A DNA stretch of 64,000 bases from an uncultured Bacteriovoracaceae bacterium (GCA_950070535.1 CATMLK010000020.1:461-64460); one strand, 5' to 3'; counted from the first letter of the stretch, positions 34,921-44,886 are shown. Program-made: numbers and translations. Notes: generated from the sequence alone by a model not told the origin.

Positions 34921-36170
34921 GCCAAACTCAACCAAGGAACATATGTTATTAGCACTAATGCTGACAAAAGAAGAATCAAGTATGGAGCGGAAGCTTTATA
35001 GATGGAAAGCACAGACTTATCAAAACGAAAGCTTGAAATAAATAAATTGATTCCAACAGGTGGTGTTATATAACCGATCTCTAAATTAGTCAGAAATATG
35101 ATCGCCAAATGTATTGGATGAACATTAAACTCCTGGGCGATAGGCAAAATAAGTGGCACAACAACAATGATTGCGCTGAAAATGTCCATAAGGCTTCCCA
35201 CAATAAGAAGAAACACATTTAGGCATAATAGAAACATCCATTTATTCTGTATAAGCTCTTTCATGGCCGCCAATATCTTCATGGGCACTTCTTCATCAAC
35301 CAGATAATTGGTCAATCCCAATGCACAGGCAAGGATCAGTAAAATTGCCCCAACAAGAGTCATAGAGTCTTTTACGATACTAGGCAGCTGTTGTTTGACC
35401 TTAATATCTTTATATAGAACCACAACCATTACGAGAGTGTAAAAGGCCGTAATTGCGGCGGCCTCAGTCACTGTTATCAATCCACCATAGATGCCACCTA
35501 AAATGATAAGAGGAAGAGGCAGTTCATAACGAGCTTCCTTTATTGCACCCAGTGCATTTTTGACTGAAAAAGGAATCCTCGTCGTTTTACCACCCTTACC
35601 GTTATAGACACTCCAACCGGCTAGTATAAATACCAATAAAGCTCCAGGAATAATTCCGGCCAGGAAAAGCTCGTTTATATCAACCTTTGCCACAATTCCA
35701 TACAAGATGATAGGCAAAGATGGAGGAAACAACAGGCCAAGAGAGCCAGAAGTTGTAATAAGACCTAGCGAGAACTTTTCGCTATACCGCTCTTTAATTA
35801 ACATGGGATAAATGAGACCACCTAGAGCAATAATAGTGACTCCACTTGCTCCCGTAAAAGCAGTAAAAAATGCACAAACACAAAGGGAAACTATAGCCAC
35901 ACCTCCAGGCATCCAACCTAAAAATGCTTCGGCCAATCTCAAAAGTCTTTGTGGGGACTTTGATTCCGCCAACAAGTAGCCTGCAAACGTGAATAACGGA
36001 ATGGTTAAAAGTGTTGGTGCCTGTGCTAGACGATATATTTCTATAGCAACGGCAGATATCTCAATTTCAGCAAGATAAAACGCCAGCATTGCGAATAGAG
36101 ACATTACAACAAAGATTGGAGTTCCCGCAGCTGCCAATAAACCAATGAGCGAATAACCTAGTGCCCCCAC
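34911..36170 (-). CDS. dctM: TRAP transporter large permease
   Basis: 419-aa polytopic protein, typical DctM size and hydrophobicity pattern, lying after dctQ. Confidence 0.9.
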   Translation of the reverse strand: MGALGYSLIGLLAAAGTPIFVVMSLFAMLAFYLAEIEISAVAIEIYRLAQAPTLLTIPLFTFAGYLLAESKSPQRLLRLAEAFLGWMPGGVAIVSLCVCAFFTAFTGASGVTIIALGGLIYPMLIKERYSEKFSLGLITTSGSLGLLFPPSLPIILYGIVAKVDINELFLAGIIPGALLVFILAGWSVYNGKGGKTTRIPFSVKNALGAIKEARYELPLPLIILGGIYGGLITVTEAAAITAFYTLVMVVVLYKDIKVKQQLPSIVKDSMTLVGAILLILACALGLTNYLVDEEVPMKILAAMKELIQNKWMFLLCLNVFLLIVGSLMDIFSAIIVVVPLILPIAQEFNVHPIHLAIIFLTNLEIGYITPPVGINLFISSFRFDKSVLSIYKASAPYLILLLSALVLITYVPWLSLAWV

Positions 36171-36173
36171 CTA

Positions 36174-36653
36174 TCAATCCTTTAAAAAATTCTTTAGAGT
36201 GACTGTAATAAATCTGAGACCGATAAAAGCAAAGCCGAATGGAATAATGGACACTAACCACCCACTATGGATCCCCAAGAATGCCTCTCTTCCAAATTCA
36301 AGCTCTACAAGTGCAAAATCCTTCCCGGCCAAAAAAAGAAAATAGCATGCCACCACGGCGGCCAAAGCACCCAATGTGTCCACGACTTTTTTTGCCTTCT
36401 GTTTATTAAAACTCTCAAGTGCCCTGGAAACTATGTCCAGTTTAATATGATTTCCCTTCCCCGTGGCCATAACTGCTCCCATGAAAGCACTCAAAAAAAC
36501 CATATGCCTGACTAGTGGGTCAATCCATAAAAATGACATGCCAAACCATCTGGCCACGATATTAAAAAGTGTGAAAAAAAGCATGCCGAACAAGCAAGTG
36601 CCAAGAATATAAAAAGCGATCTTCTCTAGAGCGTAATCAAGAATTCTTATCAT
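36174..36653 (-). CDS. dctQ: TRAP transporter small permease
   Basis: 159 aa with four TM segments, lying between dctP and dctM. Confidence 0.8.
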   Translation of the reverse strand: MIRILDYALEKIAFYILGTCLFGMLFFTLFNIVARWFGMSFLWIDPLVRHMVFLSAFMGAVMATGKGNHIKLDIVSRALESFNKQKAKKVVDTLGALAAVVACYFLFLAGKDFALVELEFGREAFLGIHSGWLVSIIPFGFAFIGLRFITVTLKNFLKD

Positions 36654-37612
36654 CTATAACTCTCCAGCATTTGGATAGCTTTCTCGGAAACAACTTTTCC
36701 CTTAATTTTTTCGATGACTTTCCCTCTAATTTCTTGTGCCTTTGCGATGTCTTTATTGTTAAATTCAATAAACTCAACCCCTAGCATCTTCAAAGTCTCA
36801 AGTCCCTTTGCATTGTCTTTTACAGAATGTGCATTGGCCTCATCAACGTACTTCTTTCCAATCTCCAAAACTTTTGAACGATATTCCTTAGGTACCTTGG
36901 CCCATGCTTTCTTTGAAACTAGGAGTGCTCCAATTGAATAGGCGGTTGGGAAGTTTATCAAGTATTTAATTTGACTCTGCCATTGAAGTGCGAGAATTCC
37001 TAATGGTGGTGCGTAAGCAGCATCGATGATATTTGTGGAAAGAGATGATAGTACGTCAGGAAGTGCCAATGGAACTGAAACTAGTTGAAGCGAAGATATC
37101 ATGGCCTCAACGACTCTATCTCCCTCCCAAGACCAAATTTTTACACCTTGCATTTCAGGAATGCTTGTAACCTTTTTAGTGGAGACAACATACACTTGGC
37201 CTATTCCATAAAAGCCTAGGTTAACAAAACCTTTTGCGTCAATTTTTTCGTTAAAGTAAGGAGTCATTCCCTTTAGCGCTTTCATTGCCTTTTCTTCTGA
37301 ATGCAAAAAATTAAACGGCAACTCTATTGCCCTAATATCTCCAGCGATATCGCCAAGAACTCGCCCGGTAAAGACGCCACCATGCATTTGACCAACACGA
37401 ATTTTTCTAAGTACATCCGGCTCATCTCCGGCAACGCCTCCGTAGTATATTTTAACTTTCACCTTGCCATTTGTGACCTTTTTAACTTCTTTTGAAAACT
37501 CCTTCATAGTATTCGCCCAATTTGTCCCCTCAGGGGCCAGAGCTGCAATTTTTAAGGTGGCGGCACTGGCACTAACGCCCATGCAAGCTAGAAAGGTTAA
37601 AAGCTTTTTCAT
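36650..37612 (-). CDS. dctP: TRAP transporter substrate-binding protein
   Basis: Signal peptide MKKLLTFLACMGVSASAA. 320 aa, DctP-like (GTNWANTMKEFSKEV..., YGIGQVYV). Confidence 0.85.
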   Translation of the reverse strand: MKKLLTFLACMGVSASAATLKIAALAPEGTNWANTMKEFSKEVKKVTNGKVKVKIYYGGVAGDEPDVLRKIRVGQMHGGVFTGRVLGDIAGDIRAIELPFNFLHSEEKAMKALKGMTPYFNEKIDAKGFVNLGFYGIGQVYVVSTKKVTSIPEMQGVKIWSWEGDRVVEAMISSLQLVSVPLALPDVLSSLSTNIIDAAYAPPLGILALQWQSQIKYLINFPTAYSIGALLVSKKAWAKVPKEYRSKVLEIGKKYVDEANAHSVKDNAKGLETLKMLGVEFIEFNNKDIAKAQEIRGKVIEKIKGKVVSEKAIQMLESYR

Positions 37613-37621
37613 AAGTATCCT

Positions 37622-38584
37622 TTAAAAAATATTATCTTTATTCTTTTCTATGATTTTAAACCTTTCGTTCGCGATGGCGTTGAAGAGGTTAAGATGCCCT
37701 CTCTTCAAATAGTTCTCAACTCTTGAGTCTTGAGCACCCGCATTCTTTACCTTTTCCCAAATAGAAAACTCTCTAATAAGAGCTTCCCTTTGCTTGGCAT
37801 ATTCCACTTCATCCATCATAGGAATTACGTAATACTGTATATATGAAACTCTCCCCAATAGGTTATAGGGATGCTCCTTTATAAACTTTTTAAATAATTT
37901 CTTGCCCTTTTCTAAATTCCCACCCAGCATTGCCGGCCTTGAGGCTTCATAAAGAGCATAGAACAAATGACAAGCTCCCCCTTCAAAATCCATGTCTCTT
38001 TGACATACCCAATCCATAAGAGCTTTAGCAGCACCTATACGGGAAATAAGAAGCACATTCTCTTTTTGAAGATTAATTAGGCCACCTAAAGACTGCCCAG
38101 TAAAAAACACTGCAGTCTTGTCATCTGAGTCAAGCTTCTCCTCTAACAAAATCGGCAGTTTTGCTGCCGCTTCTTTGGAGAAGACATCTGTTTTTTTAAT
38201 TCCCTTTCTCTCCAAATATTTCAATCCGTAATTAAGGCTTTTTGTGTATGCCCCTATTGCTTGGTCTTTATAGAAGAGTTTCTCCCTATCCTTGAGAGCA
38301 TCATCAAGATTTAGTGTTTCAAGTACTCCGTAGGCATAACCACCATAGCTTTTAGCAAGCATTGCCAAAAGTTTGTCGTTATCAGGGTTTGCAAAAGATA
38401 GGCCCTCTATCATCTTGATATTCGCAGGAGCTGCTTGTTTGAAAAAGTGCCAATCGGGTTCATGGTTGATCTGATTAGCACCCTTTTCCATTACCCTTGC
38501 GGTTGTGTTGACCGTCAATCGGTCTACACTTGAGCAAGAAATGCCAAGAATTATTGGTAACCACAAAAGTGCCCTGATATTCAT
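37622..38584 (-). CDS. TatT-like TPR protein associated with TRAP transporter
   Basis: Signal peptide with Cys (MNIRALLWLPIILGISCSS). Helical-repeat protein immediately upstream of dctPQM, the architecture of TPR-protein-associated TRAP transporters. Internal ATG 38584 chosen. Confidence 0.55.
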   Translation of the reverse strand: MNIRALLWLPIILGISCSSVDRLTVNTTARVMEKGANQINHEPDWHFFKQAAPANIKMIEGLSFANPDNDKLLAMLAKSYGGYAYGVLETLNLDDALKDREKLFYKDQAIGAYTKSLNYGLKYLERKGIKKTDVFSKEAAAKLPILLEEKLDSDDKTAVFFTGQSLGGLINLQKENVLLISRIGAAKALMDWVCQRDMDFEGGACHLFYALYEASRPAMLGGNLEKGKKLFKKFIKEHPYNLLGRVSYIQYYVIPMMDEVEYAKQREALIREFSIWEKVKNAGAQDSRVENYLKRGHLNLFNAIANERFKIIEKNKDNIF

Positions 38585-38706
38585 AGAATCTACTCCATAT
38601 AAACGACTGAAATTACAATAAATTGTAGGCCATACCCAAGAAATTTGCACGATCCATGCCGTATAGGCGAAAATTTGCCCCTAATGATGAAAAAACAAAG
38701 GTTTTG

Positions 38707-38715
38707 TGCTATAAT
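38707..38715 (+). promoter_or_regulatory. candidate extended -10 promoter element TGcTATAAT
   Basis: Read directly, about 195 nt upstream of the small basic ORF ATG. No convincing -35. Confidence 0.35.
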
Positions 38716-38909
38716 ACATTAAGTTTTACTTTAGAAAGGCAACTATTTAGCCGAGTATTATATTACGGTTCAAAACACAGGAGAAGCTTATTGCTCTATC
38801 TTTTGAAAGTTTTGGATTTTTTCGGCCTCTAAAAGCTTGATAAATTATCTCTGCTGGTTGAAAAAATCTTAAAAATTAAGACAACAAACCAGAAACAACA
38901 GAGGTATTT

Positions 38910-39095
38910 ATGAAAACCACAGAGAGTTCATCTCTTCTTAAAGGGAATCAAAAACAAACTACATTTGCTAAAACGGCTAGACCCCTATCTCTTAGAAGTG
39001 CTAGACCTATGAAGTCTATGATGAAGTTAAAGAGTGCTAGGCCAAAGAAAGTTGAAGTAACTAAAAAACTAATGGCGAAAGCGATAAAGATATAA
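38910..39095 (+). CDS. hypothetical small highly basic protein with triple (K/R)(S/T)ARP motif
   Basis: AGAGG 8 nt before the ATG. 61 aa. KTARP / RSARP / KSARP repeats. Coding status unproven. Confidence 0.4.
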   Translation: MKTTESSSLLKGNQKQTTFAKTARPLSLRSARPMKSMMKLKSARPKKVEVTKKLMAKAIKI

Positions 39096-39560
39096 TTACT
39101 TTAACTTTGCGCCCATCGAATCAAGCTCGTGAAGTGTTTCAGAACGAAGCTTCTCCAAATTCTGGAGTTGTTCTTTGTGCTGTTTCAATAGGGCATTCTT
39201 TCGAATTTTAAATAAAGAGTCTGTAAAAGTCTTTCTAAGCCTTATCAACTCAAGTAGACACAACTTCTTTTCCTCTTTGCTTAGTTTATTCTTTAAAATT
39301 TTTCTCTCCCCTTCTGGAGTAATCTCTAGCGAGGAGTATTCACCCAAGCATTCCTTTTTTCTTATAGAAGCATAGCTGTTAATTTTGTCATTCATTAAAT
39401 TCAAAACTTGTTCAAAATCTATACTCTCACTGTTTTCAAGGTTTTCAAGTTCCTTAAGCAAGGCTTCCTTGCCATCAAGAATTTGGCCTTCACCTTCAAC
39501 TTTCACAGTCTGAGCAAATAGCATTCCACAAAAAAGAAGACCAACAACAAGACTATTCAA
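39096..39560 (-). CDS. hypothetical secreted coiled-coil protein
   Basis: Signal peptide MNSLVVGLLFCGMLFAQ. Start overlaps the maf stop by 8 nt. Confidence 0.5.
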   Translation of the reverse strand: MNSLVVGLLFCGMLFAQTVKVEGEGQILDGKEALLKELENLENSESIDFEQVLNLMNDKINSYASIRKKECLGEYSSLEITPEGERKILKNKLSKEEKKLCLLELIRLRKTFTDSLFKIRKNALLKQHKEQLQNLEKLRSETLHELDSMGAKLK

Positions 39561-40167
39561 AGCAGCTCCTCCAATCCTCTATTTCAGGATTAACTTCTTT
39601 TACCAAACTTTCTATCTCTCTTAACGTGTGGCTTAAAGGCAACCCCACGACATTGCTGTACGACCCATCAATCGAGTCAATAAAGCACAGTCCCATACCT
39701 TGAATTCCATATGCTCCGGCCTTATCCAAGGAGTCGCCTGTTTTCAAGTAAAGCTCCAAAAGATCATCTGGAATGTCGGCAAACCTTACTGATGTTTTAA
39801 TTGAATAAACTCTCTCTTTATCCTTAGTTACAAGGCAAACACCAGTATAGACCTCATGAGCTTTTCCGCTTAGACTTTTTAGAACTTCTCTAGCGTGATT
39901 TACATCCTTGGGCTTTTCCAGAATTCTCCCCTCGCTGGAGACAACAGTGTCAGAGCCTAAGACAATTGAGTTAGCTGGTGATTTTGAAAAAACATCTCTG
40001 GCCTTTAGTTTAGCCAAATCTTCAACGTACTCTGCTGGTTGTGTTTTATCGCTAACTTCAGGGGCGTCACTTGTTATGATATTGAATGGTAGAAAGGTTC
40101 TCTCTAGAAGTTCTTTTCTTCTTGGAGAAGCACTACCTAATATAAGTTGGAACGAAGTCTTCTGCAT
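39553..40167 (-). CDS. maf: Maf-family nucleoside triphosphate pyrophosphatase
   Basis: LILGSASPRRKELL, GSDTVV, KAGAYGIQG. Confidence 0.9.
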   Translation of the reverse strand: MQKTSFQLILGSASPRRKELLERTFLPFNIITSDAPEVSDKTQPAEYVEDLAKLKARDVFSKSPANSIVLGSDTVVSSEGRILEKPKDVNHAREVLKSLSGKAHEVYTGVCLVTKDKERVYSIKTSVRFADIPDDLLELYLKTGDSLDKAGAYGIQGMGLCFIDSIDGSYSNVVGLPLSHTLREIESLVKEVNPEIEDWRSCFE

Positions 40168-41635
40168 TGTTTAATATCCATAAGTAATATTCTGTTTCGG
40201 TGGTTTCCTTTACCACTTGGCTATTATAGTCATTCAGATTCTCTAAGGCCATGAGAGTTCTGGATAAGGCCTCTAAGTAATAGTCTTTTGTTAGGCCTTG
40301 AAGTTTTTTATCTTTGAAAACTTTCTTTATTGATCGCAGATTGGTTGTCTCAACTCTCCTGATGCGTTCAAAAAGAAACTTCTTTCTAAGTTCCAACTCC
40401 TCTTTTTTTACACTTTTCCACAGCCTAAGCCCATGCTCTTTTGCCAACAACTTTTTACTCCATCCATCTTTAAATAAAAAACTACTGTATTTTCTTAAAA
40501 AGAGCTCCCTAGCATAGTGAATACTTGGTATTCGCTTAACTAGGTACTCCAGTGGTTTCATTGGGGTGCTGTCAGCTAAAGGTGTGATCGATAACCCTTC
40601 AGGGTCTACGGCCTGCCATTTATTTATAGCTAATTCCTTGAAGCTTTTATTATTATAGCCTCGAAAAAACACTTCTCCTGATGAAGACCTTGGATCGGTG
40701 GAGTTAAAATGCTCGATCGACTCTTTTAGTTTTACCAAAGATTGACCGGTAGTTTCATGAAACAAATGAAAAATGGGGTTTTTCATCAAGAATGTTGCAT
40801 TGGCGGTAAAGACAAAAAACTCCGTCTCCCTCTTCTGGAGTAGTTTGGATTGCTCTTCTAGCATCTTATTTATTCCAAGATACTGAGCAACATGTCCGGG
40901 ATTTTTTTCGAGAGTGTAAAGAAGCCTTTGTCTCTTATCTAGTTTTTGATACTCCTTTCTTGCAAAATAGCTTCTGTTTGCGGTTTTTTCCAAAAGAGGA
41001 TACATGGCCAAATCTGTCTCTGTTCGATTTACCATTGGAAAGACACCAACTTTTCTGTGTTCGAAATAGATATGTCCATGATTGAGTCTTGCCAGAAAAA
41101 ACACCTTATCCTGGGAAAGATTAATTTCTAAAAATGAGATGCTTGATTTTGGGGAGATTCTCAGCAATGAGCCATCTCTAAGAAAAATCCATGCATAGGA
41201 GTCTTTGCCAGTACTTATTTCATCACCCTCATTGATTTCGCTAGTATATTGAGCTGAGCTTTGACCGGATCTTGAGTACTTCTGACAGTCTTTGAGGCAC
41301 TGGATCACCCTACCAACTAGCTCGGAATACTTGGAGTCACGCAATTTAATCTGCCAGTCTGGAGTTGAGTCTTTTATGCTAAGTTCTTCTTTCCAGCGAT
41401 TAAAGTCAAGCCACCTGTTTGAATCAATATTCTCCCAATCAATCATGCTTTTTGCTTGACCTTTATACTGGGGGACATCAACTTCACTTGAAGGTTTAAC
41501 TCCCCAATGATCCATGTGTAGCAGCACTTCAGTAGTATTCATATTGTTACGACGCAGCAAATCCAGTTCGTTTTGCTCAAACCCATGTACCACACACGAG
41601 ATAAACAATGTTGCTAAGAAGGGCAAAATCCTCAC
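40133..41635 (-). CDS. hypothetical secreted protein with FecR-like segment
   Basis: Signal peptide MRILPFLATLFISCVVHG. ISTGKDSYAWIFLRDGSLLRISPKSSISFLEI resembles the FecR beta-rich domain. Function uncertain. Confidence 0.5.
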   Translation of the reverse strand: MRILPFLATLFISCVVHGFEQNELDLLRRNNMNTTEVLLHMDHWGVKPSSEVDVPQYKGQAKSMIDWENIDSNRWLDFNRWKEELSIKDSTPDWQIKLRDSKYSELVGRVIQCLKDCQKYSRSGQSSAQYTSEINEGDEISTGKDSYAWIFLRDGSLLRISPKSSISFLEINLSQDKVFFLARLNHGHIYFEHRKVGVFPMVNRTETDLAMYPLLEKTANRSYFARKEYQKLDKRQRLLYTLEKNPGHVAQYLGINKMLEEQSKLLQKRETEFFVFTANATFLMKNPIFHLFHETTGQSLVKLKESIEHFNSTDPRSSSGEVFFRGYNNKSFKELAINKWQAVDPEGLSITPLADSTPMKPLEYLVKRIPSIHYARELFLRKYSSFLFKDGWSKKLLAKEHGLRLWKSVKKEELELRKKFLFERIRRVETTNLRSIKKVFKDKKLQGLTKDYYLEALSRTLMALENLNDYNSQVVKETTETEYYLWILNNAEDFVPTYIR

Positions 41636-41760
41636 AAAAACATCCTTTTTTAGCTTATCGTCGTGTATTTTTGAATGTTTACCTATTCAAATCCAATAGG
41701 GTTTGTTACAAAGAAAAGGCAAAATTCGCCCCCCATTCACTAGCTTAGGAGAGATTTAGG

Positions 41761-44700
41761 ATGTCTAATAATCAAGAAAACTTTTCTTTTGTGGAAGCTG
41801 AGAAGAAAATCCAAGATTTTTGGAAAGAGAATAAAGTTTTTGAAAAGTCTTTGGAAAAAACAAAAGATAAAGACCCATACATTTTTTATGACGGACCTCC
41901 ATTTGCGACAGGTCTTCCCCACCACGGCCACTTGGTAGCAAGTACATTAAAAGATATCATTCCTCGCTATTTCACTATGAAAGGCCGCTACGTTTCCAGG
42001 CGTTGGGGATGGGATTGTCACGGACTTCCAATTGAGCAGCAAATTGATAAAAAATTTGGAATGAGCGCAAATGACTATGTAGAAAAGCATGGCATAAAGT
42101 CATACTGCGATGAGTGTAGAAACATCGTACTGACCTACACTTCACAGTGGGAAAAAACTGTTGAAAGAATGGGCAGATGGGTTGATTTCCGAAATGATTA
42201 TAAAACCATGGACACCTCTTTTATGGAAAGTGTCTGGTGGGTTTTTAAGCAGGTTTGGGATAAGGGACTTATCTATAAAGGTAACAAGATTGTTCCATTT
42301 TCAACTGAACTTGAAACTGGTCTTTCAAACTTTGAGGCTACTCAAAACTACCAAGACGTTCAAGATCCAGCAGTGACAGTCTTGTTTAAAGTAGAGGGAA
42401 AGGACGAGTACCTAAGTGCCTGGACAACCACGCCTTGGACACTTCCTTCAAATATGGCACTTATTGTAAATGAAGAAGTCGAATACACTCTTGTTCACGA
42501 GAAGAAGTCGGACAAGAAATTCTGGATAGCAAAAGAAAGGATTGAGGCCTATAAAAAAGGTCATGACTTTGAAGAGCTCAAAACTGTTCTTGGTAAAGAA
42601 CTTAAGGGTTTAAGCTACGAGCCACTTTTCCCTTATTTTAAAGACAAAAAAGACCAAGGTGCCTTTCAAGTTCTTGCAGACGACTACGTTACGACCAGTG
42701 ATGGTACAGGAATTGTTCACGCCGCGCCGGCATTCGGTGAAGATGACAACAGGGTTTTAAAAGATCATGGTGTGAAGGCCATCGTATGTCCAATCAACAC
42801 TAAAGGACAATTTACTGAGGAAGTTTCTGACTATGCAGGAAAATACATTAAAGACGCTGACAAAGAAATCATTAAAGCTTTGAAGGAAAATGGAAACCTC
42901 TTCCACCAATCAGTAATAGTCCACAGTTACCCATTCTGCTATAGAACAGACACTCCTCTAATCTATATGGCAACACCACAGTGGTATTTGGAGGTAGACG
43001 CGATTAAAGACAAGATGCTTAGCGCCAACCAAAAAATCAACTGGGTTCCTGAACATATTAAAGAAGGACGCTTTGGAAAGTGGCTGGAAAATGCTAGAGA
43101 CTGGGCAATTTCCAGAAAGCGCTTTTGGGGAACACCTCTTCCTGTCTGGATTAACGAAGAGTCTGGCAAAAGTATCTGTATCGGTTCTATAGAAGATCTT
43201 AAAAAGTATACAGGTGTTGAAGTTGACGACTTACATAGAGAGACAGTAGATGAGTTGACCTTTAAGGTTGATGGTGAAGCAGGTGAGTACAAAAGAATCA
43301 CCGACGTGTTTGATTGTTGGTTTGAGTCTGGCTCAATGCCATACGCTCAACTTCACTACCCTTTTGAAAATGAAGAAATATTTAAAAAAGGTTTTCCAGC
43401 AGAGTTCATTGCTGAAGGACTTGATCAGACTAGGGGCTGGTTTTACACCCTTACTGTTTTGGCAGCAGCGCTATACGACAAACCAGCGTTTAAAAACGTT
43501 GTCGTTAACGGAATGGTCCTTGCTGGTGACGGCAAAAAGATGTCTAAGCGTCTTAAAAACTACACAGAGCCTGACACTCTTATGGAGGAATTTGGAGCGG
43601 ACGCCTTAAGGCTTACTTTTATAAACAGCGCTCTTGTAAAAGGTGAAGAACTAAAATTTACTGATGACGGTGTGAAAGACATGGTTAGAAGGGCACTTCT
43701 ACCATGGTACAACTCATTTAAATTCTTCAACACTTATGCCAAAGTTGATGGCTGGAACGCTGAAAAAGACTTATGTTTTGGAGAAAACATTTTAGACAGA
43801 TGGGTTTTATCAAAACTTCAAACGTTGGTTAAAAATGTTACCGCCGAGATGGAAGGCTATAGACTGTATAACGTTGTACCTCAACTTTTTAATTTTATCG
43901 AAGACTTAACTAACTGGTATATACGCCTAAACAGGAGAAGATTCTGGGAAGGGCAAAACCTTACTCAAGAGAAGAAAGAGGCCTATTCCACTCTTTATAC
44001 AACTTTAAAAGAGCTATCAAGAATTATGGCGCCATTTGCTCCATTTTTATCGGAGCATATTTTCCTTGAACTCAAGAAGTTTGGCGAAAAGCTTGAAGAG
44101 TCGGTTCACTTATCTGACTACCCAGAATACAAAAGTGAGTTTATTGACTCAAATTTGGAGGATGCAGTTGTTAGAATGCAACAGCTGATTCTACTTGGCC
44201 GCCAAAAGAGAAATCAAGCACAAGTCAAAGTGAAAACTCCACTGGCCAACCTAACAGTTATTCACAAGAGTGAGCAAACACTTGGAGGCCTAAAAAACCT
44301 TGAAAGGTATATTAAAACAGAGCTTAATGTTAAAAACGTTCTTTACTCAACTGAGGAAGAAAAATTCATTAAACTTTATGCAAAGCCAAATGCTCCTGTT
44401 TTAGGAAAGCGTCTAGGCAAGGCATTCGGCAAGTATAGAGGTCTGATTCAAAACTTAGACTCAGACACCCTTACCCAGGTGGAGTCCGGTCAATCAATTG
44501 AAATTGAAGGCGAAAAATTCTCCCCAGAGGACTTCTTAATTTTTAGAGAGGCCCGCGAAGGAAGTGAGGCCTTATCCAATAGATATATCTCTATTGAGCT
44601 CGACACATCCCTTAACCAGGACCTAATAAACGAAGGCATGGCCAGAGAGATCGTTAATCGAATCCAAAGAACTAGAAAGGATCTCAATTTCAATGTTGAA

Positions 44701-44886
44701 GATAGAATTGATGCCACAATTAAAACCAATGATGTTCTAAAAAACGTGGTAGAACAGCACAAGGATTATATCCAAAAAGAAACTCTGTGCTCAAAAATTG
44801 AATTTAGCGACGTGGTAGATGACTCTATAGAACATGACGTTGAAGGGAATAAATTCTTCCTTCTTTGTTCAAAGTCAGATGATTAA
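41761..44886 (+). CDS. ileS: isoleucine-tRNA ligase, type 2 (eukaryote-like) form
   Basis: FYDGPPFATGLPHHGH (HIGH region), KMSKR, and editing-domain block WTTTPWTLPSN. 1041 aa. Confidence 0.97.
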   Translation: MSNNQENFSFVEAEKKIQDFWKENKVFEKSLEKTKDKDPYIFYDGPPFATGLPHHGHLVASTLKDIIPRYFTMKGRYVSRRWGWDCHGLPIEQQIDKKFGMSANDYVEKHGIKSYCDECRNIVLTYTSQWEKTVERMGRWVDFRNDYKTMDTSFMESVWWVFKQVWDKGLIYKGNKIVPFSTELETGLSNFEATQNYQDVQDPAVTVLFKVEGKDEYLSAWTTTPWTLPSNMALIVNEEVEYTLVHEKKSDKKFWIAKERIEAYKKGHDFEELKTVLGKELKGLSYEPLFPYFKDKKDQGAFQVLADDYVTTSDGTGIVHAAPAFGEDDNRVLKDHGVKAIVCPINTKGQFTEEVSDYAGKYIKDADKEIIKALKENGNLFHQSVIVHSYPFCYRTDTPLIYMATPQWYLEVDAIKDKMLSANQKINWVPEHIKEGRFGKWLENARDWAISRKRFWGTPLPVWINEESGKSICIGSIEDLKKYTGVEVDDLHRETVDELTFKVDGEAGEYKRITDVFDCWFESGSMPYAQLHYPFENEEIFKKGFPAEFIAEGLDQTRGWFYTLTVLAAALYDKPAFKNVVVNGMVLAGDGKKMSKRLKNYTEPDTLMEEFGADALRLTFINSALVKGEELKFTDDGVKDMVRRALLPWYNSFKFFNTYAKVDGWNAEKDLCFGENILDRWVLSKLQTLVKNVTAEMEGYRLYNVVPQLFNFIEDLTNWYIRLNRRRFWEGQNLTQEKKEAYSTLYTTLKELSRIMAPFAPFLSEHIFLELKKFGEKLEESVHLSDYPEYKSEFIDSNLEDAVVRMQQLILLGRQKRNQAQVKVKTPLANLTVIHKSEQTLGGLKNLERYIKTELNVKNVLYSTEEEKFIKLYAKPNAPVLGKRLGKAFGKYRGLIQNLDSDTLTQVESGQSIEIEGEKFSPEDFLIFREAREGSEALSNRYISIELDTSLNQDLINEGMAREIVNRIQRTRKDLNFNVEDRIDATIKTNDVLKNVVEQHKDYIQKETLCSKIEFSDVVDDSIEHDVEGNKFFLLCSKSDD

